DNA from: Vulcanimicrobiota bacterium
Lineage (GTDB): Bacteria; Vulcanimicrobiota; Xenobia; Xenobiales; JADMJV01
DNA: 64,000 nt
Assembly: GCA_050250895.1 (NCBI GenBank)
Contig: JBFWNU010000001.1
Location: 1,576,008-1,640,007 of the forward strand
Direction of reading: 5' to 3'
Numbering within the stretch: the first letter of the stretch is position 1; the number at the start of each line of letters is the position of its first letter. Below the pieces are notes generated by a model. It saw only the letters and a list, made by a program, of their open reading frames with translations. It ran no database searches and was not told where the DNA came from. Position numbers and translations under genes: made by a program. Positions 30,454-38,671 of this stretch are shown piece by piece.

Positions 30454-32994
30454 ATGGCTGTGTCTGAACCAGCAGCATCCGACGAATTTGTCGGCCGTTC
30501 CAAGCGCACCCGCTCGACGACCGGCGATCTCAAGACCAAAACGACCCGCAGTCGCAAGACTCGCAACACCACCAAGAGCCAGAGTCGGCAGCTCGAAGCG
30601 CCCGCGACCAGTTCGCTCCCCGAGTTTCTCCAAGACGGCCGCTGGAAGGCTCCTGCCGGCGCGGCCGGCGCTCTGGCGGGCTTTCCATTTCTGTGCCTGG
30701 TCCTGACCCATCCAGAGTGGACCGGCGTGGCTGGTCGCCTGCTAGGTGAATTTCTCTTCCTCAGCTTTGGCCAGACAGCCATTCTTTTCCCCGCCCTGGT
30801 GCTGTTGGTCTCTCTCTATCTCTTAGGGGTTCGGGTGGCCGCCAAGCTCCACCCGGCATACAGTCCGGCCCTTTTTCTTTTTGCCGACCTTTTGGCCGCC
30901 CGGGCCGCCCAAGAAGGTGGCGCGGTCGGGGCTTTCTTCGATTCACTCCTGTGCTCGGTCGTTGGTCCGGCCGGCTCATGGCTGGCTGCTCTGTCAGGTT
31001 GCCTGGTGTGCCTGGTCGGCCTGTGCCAGGTGACCATCCATGACGCCGTCGAGGCCATCAACAAGGCGGCCGTGCGGCTGGCGGAGCGCGCCCGTCTGGC
31101 CTGGGAAGAGCGTCAACAGCGGTTGCTCGAAGCGGCCGAGGAAGAGGCGGCTGCCTGTGAGCCGTCGCTCGAAGAGCCAGTCCCCAGCCCGCCGACCCCC
31201 GAGCCCCCGGCCTGGGAGTTGCTGGAGGTCTCGGTCGAGCAAGCCAGTCCCGAAGAGGCTGCCGAGGAGGCGCCCGAAGACCTTGAAGAGCTGTATATCT
31301 CGAACTCCGTTGAAGAGCCCGAGCCCAACTCAGACGAGTTATTGCGCCAGGCTTTCGAAGAGACCGAGCAGCCGTCCCTGGAAGAGTCGGTCGAGCCCAG
31401 TCTCGAGTTCGAGCCCTCTCCCAGCCTGGAGCCCGCGCTGGGCGCTGAACCGATGCCCAGTCTCGAGCCTGGCGTGGCCGAGATGGTCGAAGAGATCGCC
31501 TCCAAGCCGACCGTCAGCGAAGGTGTCATGGAGGACCCGAACGGCCAGCTGCGACTATTTCCGGGACCGGTCCCCGAGCCCACCGTGCGCTACAAGTTGC
31601 CGCCTTTGACGCTGCTCGACGAGGCCCCGGTGGCGGCCCGCCGCCGACCCGTCGAGGACAAGTCACAGGTGCTGTTGGATGCTCTCGACAGCTTCGGCGT
31701 GAAAGCCAGCCTCTTACAAATAGTGCGTGGGCCCACCGTCACCCGCTACGAGTTGCAGCCGGCCCGCGGGGTGAAGGTTAGTCGCTTCACTTCGCTCACC
31801 AACGACATCGCTCTGGCCCTGGCCTCCACGGCCGTCCGCATCGAGGCACCCATCCCGGGAAAGTCGGCCATCGGCATCGAGATTCCTAACGACAACACCG
31901 ACCTGGTGGTGCTCAAGGATATCTTGTCGAGCTCGACCTTTCGCTGCTCTTCAGGGCTCACGGTGGCTCTCGGCAAAGACCTTACCGGCCGCCCGATGGT
32001 CACCAATCTGCAAAAGATGCCTCACCTGCTGGTGGCGGGCACCACGGGGTCTGGTAAATCGGTCTGTGTCAACGGCCTGATCATCAGCTTGCTCTATCGC
32101 TTTACCCCCCGTCAGCTGCAGATCATGATGGTGGACCCCAAGCAGGTCGAACTGTCGGTCTATGAAGGCATTCCTCACCTGGTGGGCTTTGCCGGGCAGG
32201 GCCAGGGCGAGATTATCGTCGAGCCAAAGCGGGCTGCCCTGGCCCTTCATCAAGTTGTCGAACTGATGGAGCTACGCTACAAGATGTTCGCCGAATCCCG
32301 GGTGCGCAACCTGGAGGAGTACAACCAGAAGGCCGCTGACCCGTTGCCATGGTTCGTGGTCATCATCGATGAGTTGGCCGACTTGATGATGGTGGCTTCG
32401 AAGACGGTCGAAACCTCCATCTGCCGTATCGCTCAAAAGGCTCGGGCAGCCGGCATTCATTTGGTTCTGGCAACCCAGCGTCCATCGGCTGACGTGATTA
32501 CCGGCCTGATCAAGGTGAACATTCCGTCCCGCTGTGCTTTTGCGGTGTCGTCACAAGTCGATTCGCGAGTCATCCTCGATACCGGTGGCGCCGAGCACCT
32601 GCTGGGCAAAGGCGACATGCTCTTCATGCCGGTCGATGCTTCGGACCCTCGTCGAATTCAAGGCAGCTATGTGGGCAACGATGAGATCGCCAGGGTGGTC
32701 GAGTTTTGGAAAGGTCAGGCTGCTCCCGAGAATCTTATCGAACTCGAGGTTTGCGAGATCGAGCAAGAGAGTAGCGACGATGGTGGCGACGATGCTGATG
32801 ACGAGTTGGTCAAAGAAGCTCTGCAGGTCGTGCTCAAGCGCAAACAGGCCTCGGCCTCGATGCTACAGACCGAGCTCAAGGTTGGCTATGCTCGGGCCCG
32901 TCGCATCTTGATGGCGATGGAGAAGAAGGGGTATGTCGGCCCCGCTGAGGGTAGCAAGCCGCGTAAGATTCTCTACACGGGCATTGAGCCGTAG
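30454..32994 (+). CDS. ftsK: DNA translocase FtsK/SpoIIIE
   Basis: N-terminal TM helices, acidic linker, GPTVTRYE, HLLVAGTTGSGKS, IIDELADLMM, gamma domain KVGYARA. Confidence 0.96.
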   Translation: MAVSEPAASDEFVGRSKRTRSTTGDLKTKTTRSRKTRNTTKSQSRQLEAPATSSLPEFLQDGRWKAPAGAAGALAGFPFLCLVLTHPEWTGVAGRLLGEFLFLSFGQTAILFPALVLLVSLYLLGVRVAAKLHPAYSPALFLFADLLAARAAQEGGAVGAFFDSLLCSVVGPAGSWLAALSGCLVCLVGLCQVTIHDAVEAINKAAVRLAERARLAWEERQQRLLEAAEEEAAACEPSLEEPVPSPPTPEPPAWELLEVSVEQASPEEAAEEAPEDLEELYISNSVEEPEPNSDELLRQAFEETEQPSLEESVEPSLEFEPSPSLEPALGAEPMPSLEPGVAEMVEEIASKPTVSEGVMEDPNGQLRLFPGPVPEPTVRYKLPPLTLLDEAPVAARRRPVEDKSQVLLDALDSFGVKASLLQIVRGPTVTRYELQPARGVKVSRFTSLTNDIALALASTAVRIEAPIPGKSAIGIEIPNDNTDLVVLKDILSSSTFRCSSGLTVALGKDLTGRPMVTNLQKMPHLLVAGTTGSGKSVCVNGLIISLLYRFTPRQLQIMMVDPKQVELSVYEGIPHLVGFAGQGQGEIIVEPKRAALALHQVVELMELRYKMFAESRVRNLEEYNQKAADPLPWFVVIIDELADLMMVASKTVETSICRIAQKARAAGIHLVLATQRPSADVITGLIKVNIPSRCAFAVSSQVDSRVILDTGGAEHLLGKGDMLFMPVDASDPRRIQGSYVGNDEIARVVEFWKGQAAPENLIELEVCEIEQESSDDGGDDADDELVKEALQVVLKRKQASASMLQTELKVGYARARRILMAMEKKGYVGPAEGSKPRKILYTGIEP

Positions 32995-33027
32995 CAAAAA
33001 CGGGCGGTCAGGCCGCCCGTTTTTGCT
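32993..33027. terminator. Bidirectional terminator between ftsK and the lexA operon
   Basis: AGCAAAAACGGGCGG-TCAGG-CCGCCCGTTTTTGCT. Confidence 0.88.
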
Positions 33028-33135
33028 TGAGGGGAGGGGTCCGACCCGCCCGGCCTCCTCGAAGAGGCTGTTGAATCTGGTTCGGCGATTCCTCAGAGGA
33101 GGACGGGCGGGTGGTTTTTAGGCTTGGCTTTTTCA
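33028..33135 (-). ncRNA. Structured 3'-UTR / candidate sRNA of the lexA operon
   Basis: 17-bp inverted repeat with one mismatch (33044-33060 / 33096-33112), then CCCCTCCCCTC and the terminator on the minus strand. Confidence 0.4.
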
Positions 33136-33164
33136 GGTTTTGATGCGTTCCGCGCGTAGGTAGA

Positions 33165-33452
33165 TTACGCGCCCAAGAGCCACAGGCTGCTAAGCGCTGC
33201 GGCCATAGACATTCCGAAGACCATCACCTCCAATCCGTTAGCCAGGATGGTTCTCAGCTCCGGGTAAGCTGAGTGAGCAAGCTTGATGCATTTACGTGCC
33301 AGTTGTTTGAGGTAGGGGAGCGCCCGGCCACGACGGGAATCCCGTCGTGACCGGCGCCGAGGATTGGGGTTCCTCCAGGTGGTTCGGGGGCGAATGATTG
33401 AGAAAAATTCAACATTCAGGTCCATAGCAGTAGCAGTGGCGGGGTAACTCAT
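33165..33452 (-). CDS. Small basic protein with C-terminal TM helix, third gene of the lexA operon
   Basis: SD GGAGGA at 33463-33458; Arg-rich middle; hydrophobic tail LEVMVFGMSMAAALSSLWLLGA. Confidence 0.7.
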   Translation of the reverse strand: MSYPATATAMDLNVEFFSIIRPRTTWRNPNPRRRSRRDSRRGRALPYLKQLARKCIKLAHSAYPELRTILANGLEVMVFGMSMAAALSSLWLLGA

Positions 33453-33518
33453 AGTGATCCTCCAGGTGATTCGGTTTCGCGACGGGATGGCTCTCGGTCT
33501 TATGCCGAGTGACCAGGG

Positions 33519-33695
33519 TTAGGCCGGAAAGTGGCCCAAAATTTCGCTGTCTGGGAAGAGAGCTTGAGCGGCTCGGACAAAGCGAGCGTGGGGTGTCTCT
33601 TTCTTGGCTTTCTTCGGCTTGGGACGTTTGGATACGGTCGAGAAGAGCGGCAGCGTAGTTTCTCTTGTCTTGTCGATGAGTCGTTGTGCCAACAT
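33519..33695 (-). CDS. 58-aa basic protein, second gene of the lexA operon
   Basis: SD AGGAGG (33710-33705) 9 nt before ATG 33695; MLAQRLIDK...FVRAAQALFPDSEILGHFPA. Confidence 0.7.
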   Translation of the reverse strand: MLAQRLIDKTRETTLPLFSTVSKRPKPKKAKKETPHARFVRAAQALFPDSEILGHFPA

Positions 33696-33720
33696 GAGGG
33701 TCTGCCTCCTTAAACTTTCT

Positions 33721-34341
33721 TTAGCGATACTTTCGAATGAGAGCCGAAACACGGCCGAGTAGCGAGAGATTTCCGAAGACGACGATGTCTTCGAAGGCGG
33801 GATTGTCAGAGCGAAGGATTACGCGGTCTTTTTCAGGATAGAATCTTTTGACGGTGGCCTCGTCTTCAACCATTGCAACTACGATTTCACCCCGATGAGC
33901 AGTGCTCTGTTTCTCTACCAGGACCAGGTCGCCGGGTTGAATGGCATCGGCCATACTTTCTCCCCGGACCCGCAACAAGAAGTGCTCCTGGTTGATGCCT
34001 AGCCAGTCGGAACACACCGGGATTTGATCCTCGATGTTCTCGACCGCCAGGATGGGTTGTCCGGCGGCGACTTCGCCGAGTAGCGGTATCATCGTTACGC
34101 GGTCTGAGAGGTCACTCATCAGCAGGTCGTCGGCTAACTGAATCGAGCGTGCTCGTGAGTCTCTGGTGAGATAGCCTTTCTTTTCCAGAGCGTCGATGTG
34201 CCTTCTTACACCCTGCGTCGACGCGATGTCGAAGTGAGAGGAGATCTCTCGGAGGGTGGGCGGATAGCCACGGCTCTGGATGGCCTCGACGATGAAGTCG
34301 AGAATGGCTTGCTGTCTATCAGTTAGTGATTGTCTAGTCAT
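33721..34341 (-). CDS. lexA: SOS repressor LexA
   Basis: LTDRQQAIL, GYPPTLREI, cleavage site VAAG, VRGESM (Ser), ATVKR (Lys). Confidence 0.97.
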   Translation of the reverse strand: MTRQSLTDRQQAILDFIVEAIQSRGYPPTLREISSHFDIASTQGVRRHIDALEKKGYLTRDSRARSIQLADDLLMSDLSDRVTMIPLLGEVAAGQPILAVENIEDQIPVCSDWLGINQEHFLLRVRGESMADAIQPGDLVLVEKQSTAHRGEIVVAMVEDEATVKRFYPEKDRVILRSDNPAFEDIVVFGNLSLLGRVSALIRKYR

Positions 34342-34344
34342 AGG

Positions 34345-34417
34345 TGCACATTTGGGTAGGTGCTCGTTTGTTCACTTCCTACATTGGCAGTATAGTGCCC
34401 GGATGTGCACCTGTCAA
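34345..34417 (-). promoter_or_regulatory. lexA promoter with three candidate SOS boxes
   Basis: TTGACA (34417-34412)-17-TATACT (34394-34389); TGCCC-N4-GTGCA 34396-34409, TGCTC-N4-GTTCA 34361-34374, TGCAC-N4-GGGTA 34345-34358. Confidence 0.8.
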
Positions 34418-34436
34418 GGTGATCTTGAAATTTTTT

Positions 34437-35075
34437 TTAGCCTGCCGCGATGGCCTTATCTTGTGGGGCTATCGTGGCTAGCGGCTTGCGGGCTTCTACC
34501 AGTGCGAGCGGAATCAGACCTTTGACAAGTTGGTGTTGCACTTTCTCGAAGCCGGCCTGTTCGACCAGAGCACTCAACCCTTTGGCACTAAAGCGGTGGC
34601 GAACTGGTAAGCCCAGGTGGTAGGCCAGGCTTGAGACCAGTCTCGACCAACGATCTTCACCGTGACAGAAGGTGGGTAGAAGCAGCACGCCTCCCGGACG
34701 CAGGCTAGGCAGGATAGCCGCCAGCGCCGGGCCGGGCCTGTCCAGCAGATGAATGAGGTTGCCCATGATGACGATATCGAAGCGTTCGTGGGGGTCCGGC
34801 CAGCTCTGCGAAGCATCGTGGCCCCGCGCGGTCACGTAAGGGATGGTTGATAGGCGCGCTACCATCGCGGGTGCCAGGTCTGTGGCCAGGTAGCGGGCGC
34901 AGCGAGGTGCGACCTCGCGAGCGATGGCGCCGGTGCCCGCACCAAGTTCTAGCACCTCCATGCCATGGTCAACCCTCAGGCGAATCCATTCGAGCATGCG
35001 GCGATAAGGACGGCCGAACAATAGCGAGATCAGTGGGTCATAGAAAGGGGCCAGCCAGTTCCAAAAGTCGCTCAT
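34437..35075 (-). CDS. Class I SAM-dependent methyltransferase
   Basis: VLELGAGTG, TDLAPAM, LRPGG. Confidence 0.9.
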   Translation of the reverse strand: MSDFWNWLAPFYDPLISLLFGRPYRRMLEWIRLRVDHGMEVLELGAGTGAIAREVAPRCARYLATDLAPAMVARLSTIPYVTARGHDASQSWPDPHERFDIVIMGNLIHLLDRPGPALAAILPSLRPGGVLLLPTFCHGEDRWSRLVSSLAYHLGLPVRHRFSAKGLSALVEQAGFEKVQHQLVKGLIPLALVEARKPLATIAPQDKAIAAG

Positions 35076-35369
35076 CGTCGCGATTTCTGGCGAGAGGTGG
35101 TAAGATCATTCCCGCTCGGGTCAAACTACCGCGGATAGTCAATTCACGACGAGGCGCCCGTGCGCAAGGAAGTTTGAGCGATGCTCCCTGGGCGACCTCT
35201 CACTTCGGGCGGATGCGCTAGGATATGGTTGGTGAGCTTCGCGCTCGAGGTCCATTTTGGGGGCCGTCAAGGCCGGCCGTCGACTGAGGGCTCGCATTTT
35301 TCGGACGAAGCCAGGCATATAGTGCAATCAGGCAGAAGCGAGGAAGTCGGCAAGCCTCGGCAAAATAAG

Positions 35370-35393
35370 AAAAGCCCCGGCTTTCGCCGGGGC
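35370..35393 (-). terminator. Orphan intrinsic terminator, possible end of an sRNA
   Basis: Minus strand GCCCCGGC-GAAA-GCCGGGGC-TTTT; no credible minus-strand CDS upstream. Confidence 0.7.
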
Positions 35394-35649
35394 GTTAGGT
35401 CCAACCAATGCTCATCTCACTGAGGAAACTTTACCGCGCCAGCGTCACAGGAGCGTTAAGGGCGCTAGCGTAAGTGTGTTCGTTTTTTCGTTCGGTGGAC
35501 GGGCGGGGTAGCAGGAAGAAAACTCGCGAGCGCGACTATAGCAGGGTCCGTTTGCGTGCGAAGGCGTTTTCGGCTAAAATACAAGAATCAAGTGTCATTC
35601 ATCTTGAAAAGGACATGTCCGGCGATGAACAATCGCATCCGGAGCGCAT

Positions 35650-37767
35650 ATGGGTTCCCGAGTCCGGCCTAAAGAATCGTCCGACAAGCGGAATCCAGGC
35701 CACTCTTGGACCGTTTGGCTCCACTTTCTTTGGGTATTTTTAGCCCTCTGTATCACCTTAGCTATCGACCATTGGCCCGATCAGGTCAACCTGTCGGTGG
35801 GCGAGGTCAGTCCGGTCTCGGTCATGGCCGACCGGACCGTCGAGATCCCGAACGAACGAGCCACCGAGGAGGCCCGCCGCCGGGCGGCGAGCCAGGTGGA
35901 GACGGTCTACATCTTCGATCCGACCGCCGTTCGTCTCGGTGAGCAGAAGATCCAGGAAGCCTTCGATCTCATCGGTCGTATGGCCAGACTCAAGCGGGCC
36001 GTCAAGAAGGGCAAGCTGCCGGCCGAGTATGACGAGATGGCCCAGGCTCTGCCCATCAGTTTCAGCGCCTCGCAGCTCGATCTCTTGACCTCGACCGATC
36101 AAGACCAGTTGCTGATCCTCGAGACCACCGCGACCCATATCCTGTTTTCGGTGATGGAGACCAGCATTACCCAGGAAAGTCTGCCGGGGGTGCGGGCGGG
36201 CCTTCCCGAGATGGCCCAGGACCAGTTGGCCAGCCTCGACGAGAAGTATCGTCAGCCGGTTCTCGCTGCCGTTTCCGACTCTCTTTATCCCAACCGCAAT
36301 CCCGATTACGAGGCGACCAAACGCGCCGAGCAAGAGGCAATGGCTTCGGTCAAGCCCATCACCACCATTATCCCCAAAGGCTTTGCGGTGGTTCGCGAGG
36401 GAGACCTGGTCTCGCCGCGTCAGATTAGCGCGCTAGAAGCACTGGGCGTCAGCAAGCCCAAACTCAACGTTCAGCGACTGGTCGGTTACGCTCTGCTGGT
36501 CGGCTCGTTGATGCTGCTGGTGGTCGGTTTCTTGCGCCGCGAGCGCCCCGAGTTCTACTCGTCGCGACGTCATCTGGTGTTGCTCGGCGTGATCGTGGTC
36601 TCGACGGCCATCATCTGTCGGATGCTGGTGGGCTTGTCGATCTATCTGGCCCCCGTAGCCATCGCTTCGATTCTGGCTACCATCTTGCTCGAGGCTCGCC
36701 TAGGCTTGCTGGTCACGGGCTTTCTGGCCATCTACGTAGGTGTGATGGCTCAGAGTCTGCCCGCCTGTGGAGCCAGTTTCATCACGGGAGCGGCCGGTGT
36801 CCTGGCCTTGTCGAAGGTGACCAGCCGCAGCCGGCTGATCTATGCCAGTATCCTGGTGGGGCTAGCGAACCTGGCTGCGGTCGTGGCTTTCGAACTCGTA
36901 GACTCGGTAGGTTTCACCGACAGTCTCAACAACGTCGGATTCGGCTTGCTCAACGGCTTTTTGTCGGCCTGGCTGGCGGTCGGGGCCCTCCCCATGTTCG
37001 AGCACTTCTCCGGCATTACTACTCATCTGAAACTGCTCGACCTGTCTAACCTCAACGAGCCTCTGTTGCAGCGCCTGACTCGCGAGGCGCCGGGCACTTA
37101 TCAGCATTCGATGATGGTAGCCAACCTGGCCGAGCAGTGCGCCCGCGAGATCGGCGCCGACGCGATGTTGTGTCGGGTCGGGGCCTATTATCACGACATC
37201 GGCAAGATGAAGCGTCCGCGCTTTTTCATCGAGAACCAGACCGGACTCGAGAACCCGCATGACCGTCTGGCGCCGAGTCTTTCCACCAAGATTATCCTGT
37301 CTCACGTCAAGGACGGGCTCGAGATGGGTCGTCAAGCCAACTTGCCGGATACCTTGCTCGACTTTATCGCGCAGCATCACGGCACCAGTCTGGTGAGTTA
37401 CTTCTATCACCAGGCCCGCTCGCGTTCGAGCGAGCCCGTCTACGAAGATGACTTCCGCTATCCTGGCCCTAAGCCACAGACTCGCGAGACGGCCATTTTG
37501 CTGCTTTGCGACGGGCTCGAGGCAGCCGCCCGCACGCTGTCGCATCCTACACCCGAGAAGATCTCCGAGCTGGTGCACAAGATGATCAAGAACCATCTCG
37601 ATGACGGCCAGCTCGACGAATGCGATCTGTCGCTCAAGGACCTTCAGCTCATTCGCCAGTCTTTGATTCGGTCGCTGCAGGGGATTTATCACACCCGCAT
37701 CGAGTACCCGGAGGCATCCAGTCTCTCGGGACGAAAGAAAGTGACCCAGCTGAGGAGGAAAGTCTAG
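35650..37767 (+). CDS. pgpH: 7TM-HD phosphohydrolase, PgpH-like c-di-AMP phosphodiesterase
   Basis: Extracytoplasmic domain plus 7 TM; APGTYQHS, YYHDIGK, FFIENQ, QHHGT, FRYPGPKPQ. Confidence 0.9.
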   Translation: MGSRVRPKESSDKRNPGHSWTVWLHFLWVFLALCITLAIDHWPDQVNLSVGEVSPVSVMADRTVEIPNERATEEARRRAASQVETVYIFDPTAVRLGEQKIQEAFDLIGRMARLKRAVKKGKLPAEYDEMAQALPISFSASQLDLLTSTDQDQLLILETTATHILFSVMETSITQESLPGVRAGLPEMAQDQLASLDEKYRQPVLAAVSDSLYPNRNPDYEATKRAEQEAMASVKPITTIIPKGFAVVREGDLVSPRQISALEALGVSKPKLNVQRLVGYALLVGSLMLLVVGFLRRERPEFYSSRRHLVLLGVIVVSTAIICRMLVGLSIYLAPVAIASILATILLEARLGLLVTGFLAIYVGVMAQSLPACGASFITGAAGVLALSKVTSRSRLIYASILVGLANLAAVVAFELVDSVGFTDSLNNVGFGLLNGFLSAWLAVGALPMFEHFSGITTHLKLLDLSNLNEPLLQRLTREAPGTYQHSMMVANLAEQCAREIGADAMLCRVGAYYHDIGKMKRPRFFIENQTGLENPHDRLAPSLSTKIILSHVKDGLEMGRQANLPDTLLDFIAQHHGTSLVSYFYHQARSRSSEPVYEDDFRYPGPKPQTRETAILLLCDGLEAAARTLSHPTPEKISELVHKMIKNHLDDGQLDECDLSLKDLQLIRQSLIRSLQGIYHTRIEYPEASSLSGRKKVTQLRRKV

Positions 37768-37778
37768 GTCTGCCTGAC

Positions 37779-38243
37779 GTGGACGAGGACATAGGACCCC
37801 TTGCCGTGGTGATTACTCATCAGGTGGAGGAGTCCAGCGAGGTTCGCGAGAGCTTGCTTTTGCAGGCCGCGACGGTCGCCGCCCGGGTGGGGGGGTGCCG
37901 GGAAGAAGCCGAGCTGAGCCTGGTTATGGCTGACGATGAGATCATCCGTGAGCTCAACCGGGATTATCGGGGCATCGATAAGGCCACCGATGTGCTCTCT
38001 TTTGCCCAGGACGAAGGTCCAGCCTTTCCTCAAAGCGGCTTGCGGTTGCTTGGTGATGTCATCGTGTCGATCGATACGGTGCGCAGACAGGCGGCTAGCA
38101 ACGGCGTGGCTTTCGAGCGTGAGTTAGCCTGGGTGGTCTGCCACGGAGTCTTGCATCTGCTTGGCTACGATCATCAGAACGACGAGGAGCACGCCCAGAT
38201 GGTGGCCCTCGAGAATCAAGCCCTTCAGGAGCTGGGTTTCTGA
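37779..38243 (+). CDS. ybeY: rRNA maturation endoribonuclease YbeY
   Basis: LNRDYRGIDKATDVLSF, HGVLHLLGYDH; start moved to GTG 37779. Confidence 0.95.
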   Translation: MDEDIGPLAVVITHQVEESSEVRESLLLQAATVAARVGGCREEAELSLVMADDEIIRELNRDYRGIDKATDVLSFAQDEGPAFPQSGLRLLGDVIVSIDTVRRQAASNGVAFERELAWVVCHGVLHLLGYDHQNDEEHAQMVALENQALQELGF

Positions 38244-38671
38244 TGAAGATCTCCAAGAGCCCGGGCTTGTTGGCCAGTTTGCGATTCGCCCTCGATGGCT
38301 TGCGCTATACCTTCGAGCGCGAGCGGAATTTTCGCACTCACTGCGCCCTGGCCGTGGTAGCCTGTGGATTGGGCTGGCGGTGTGGACTGCCCCGCCTCGA
38401 CTTTCTCTGGGTGGGCCTGGTCATTACCCTGGTGTTGGTGGCAGAGTTGTTCAACACGGCCGTAGAGAGCCTGGTCGATATGGCTTCTCCTGCCGTCCAT
38501 CCTCTGGCCAAAGCGGCCAAGGACGCATCTGCCGCAGGCGTCCTGGTCACCTCTCTGTTTGCGGTGGTGGTGGGCTTGCTGATCTTCGGACCACACCTTG
38601 GTTGGTGGCAGGTTGGGTTGTTCTTGGGCCTGGTGGGCCTGAGCCTGGGAAAGGGTAGAGCGCCTTGTTAG
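38243..38671 (+). CDS. dgkA: Diacylglycerol/undecaprenol kinase
   Basis: ERNFRTH, AELFNTAVESLVD, AKAAKDASAAGVL. Confidence 0.92.
   Translation: MKISKSPGLLASLRFALDGLRYTFERERNFRTHCALAVVACGLGWRCGLPRLDFLWVGLVITLVLVAELFNTAVESLVDMASPAVHPLAKAAKDASAAGVLVTSLFAVVVGLLIFGPHLGWWQVGLFLGLVGLSLGKGRAPC

Noticed and set aside
31150-31480. Repeated PSLE peptides in FtsK
   Set aside because: Ordinary low-complexity FtsK linker
35139-35743. Short ORFs in the methyltransferase-pgpH gap
   Set aside because: No SD, atypical composition, mutually overlapping
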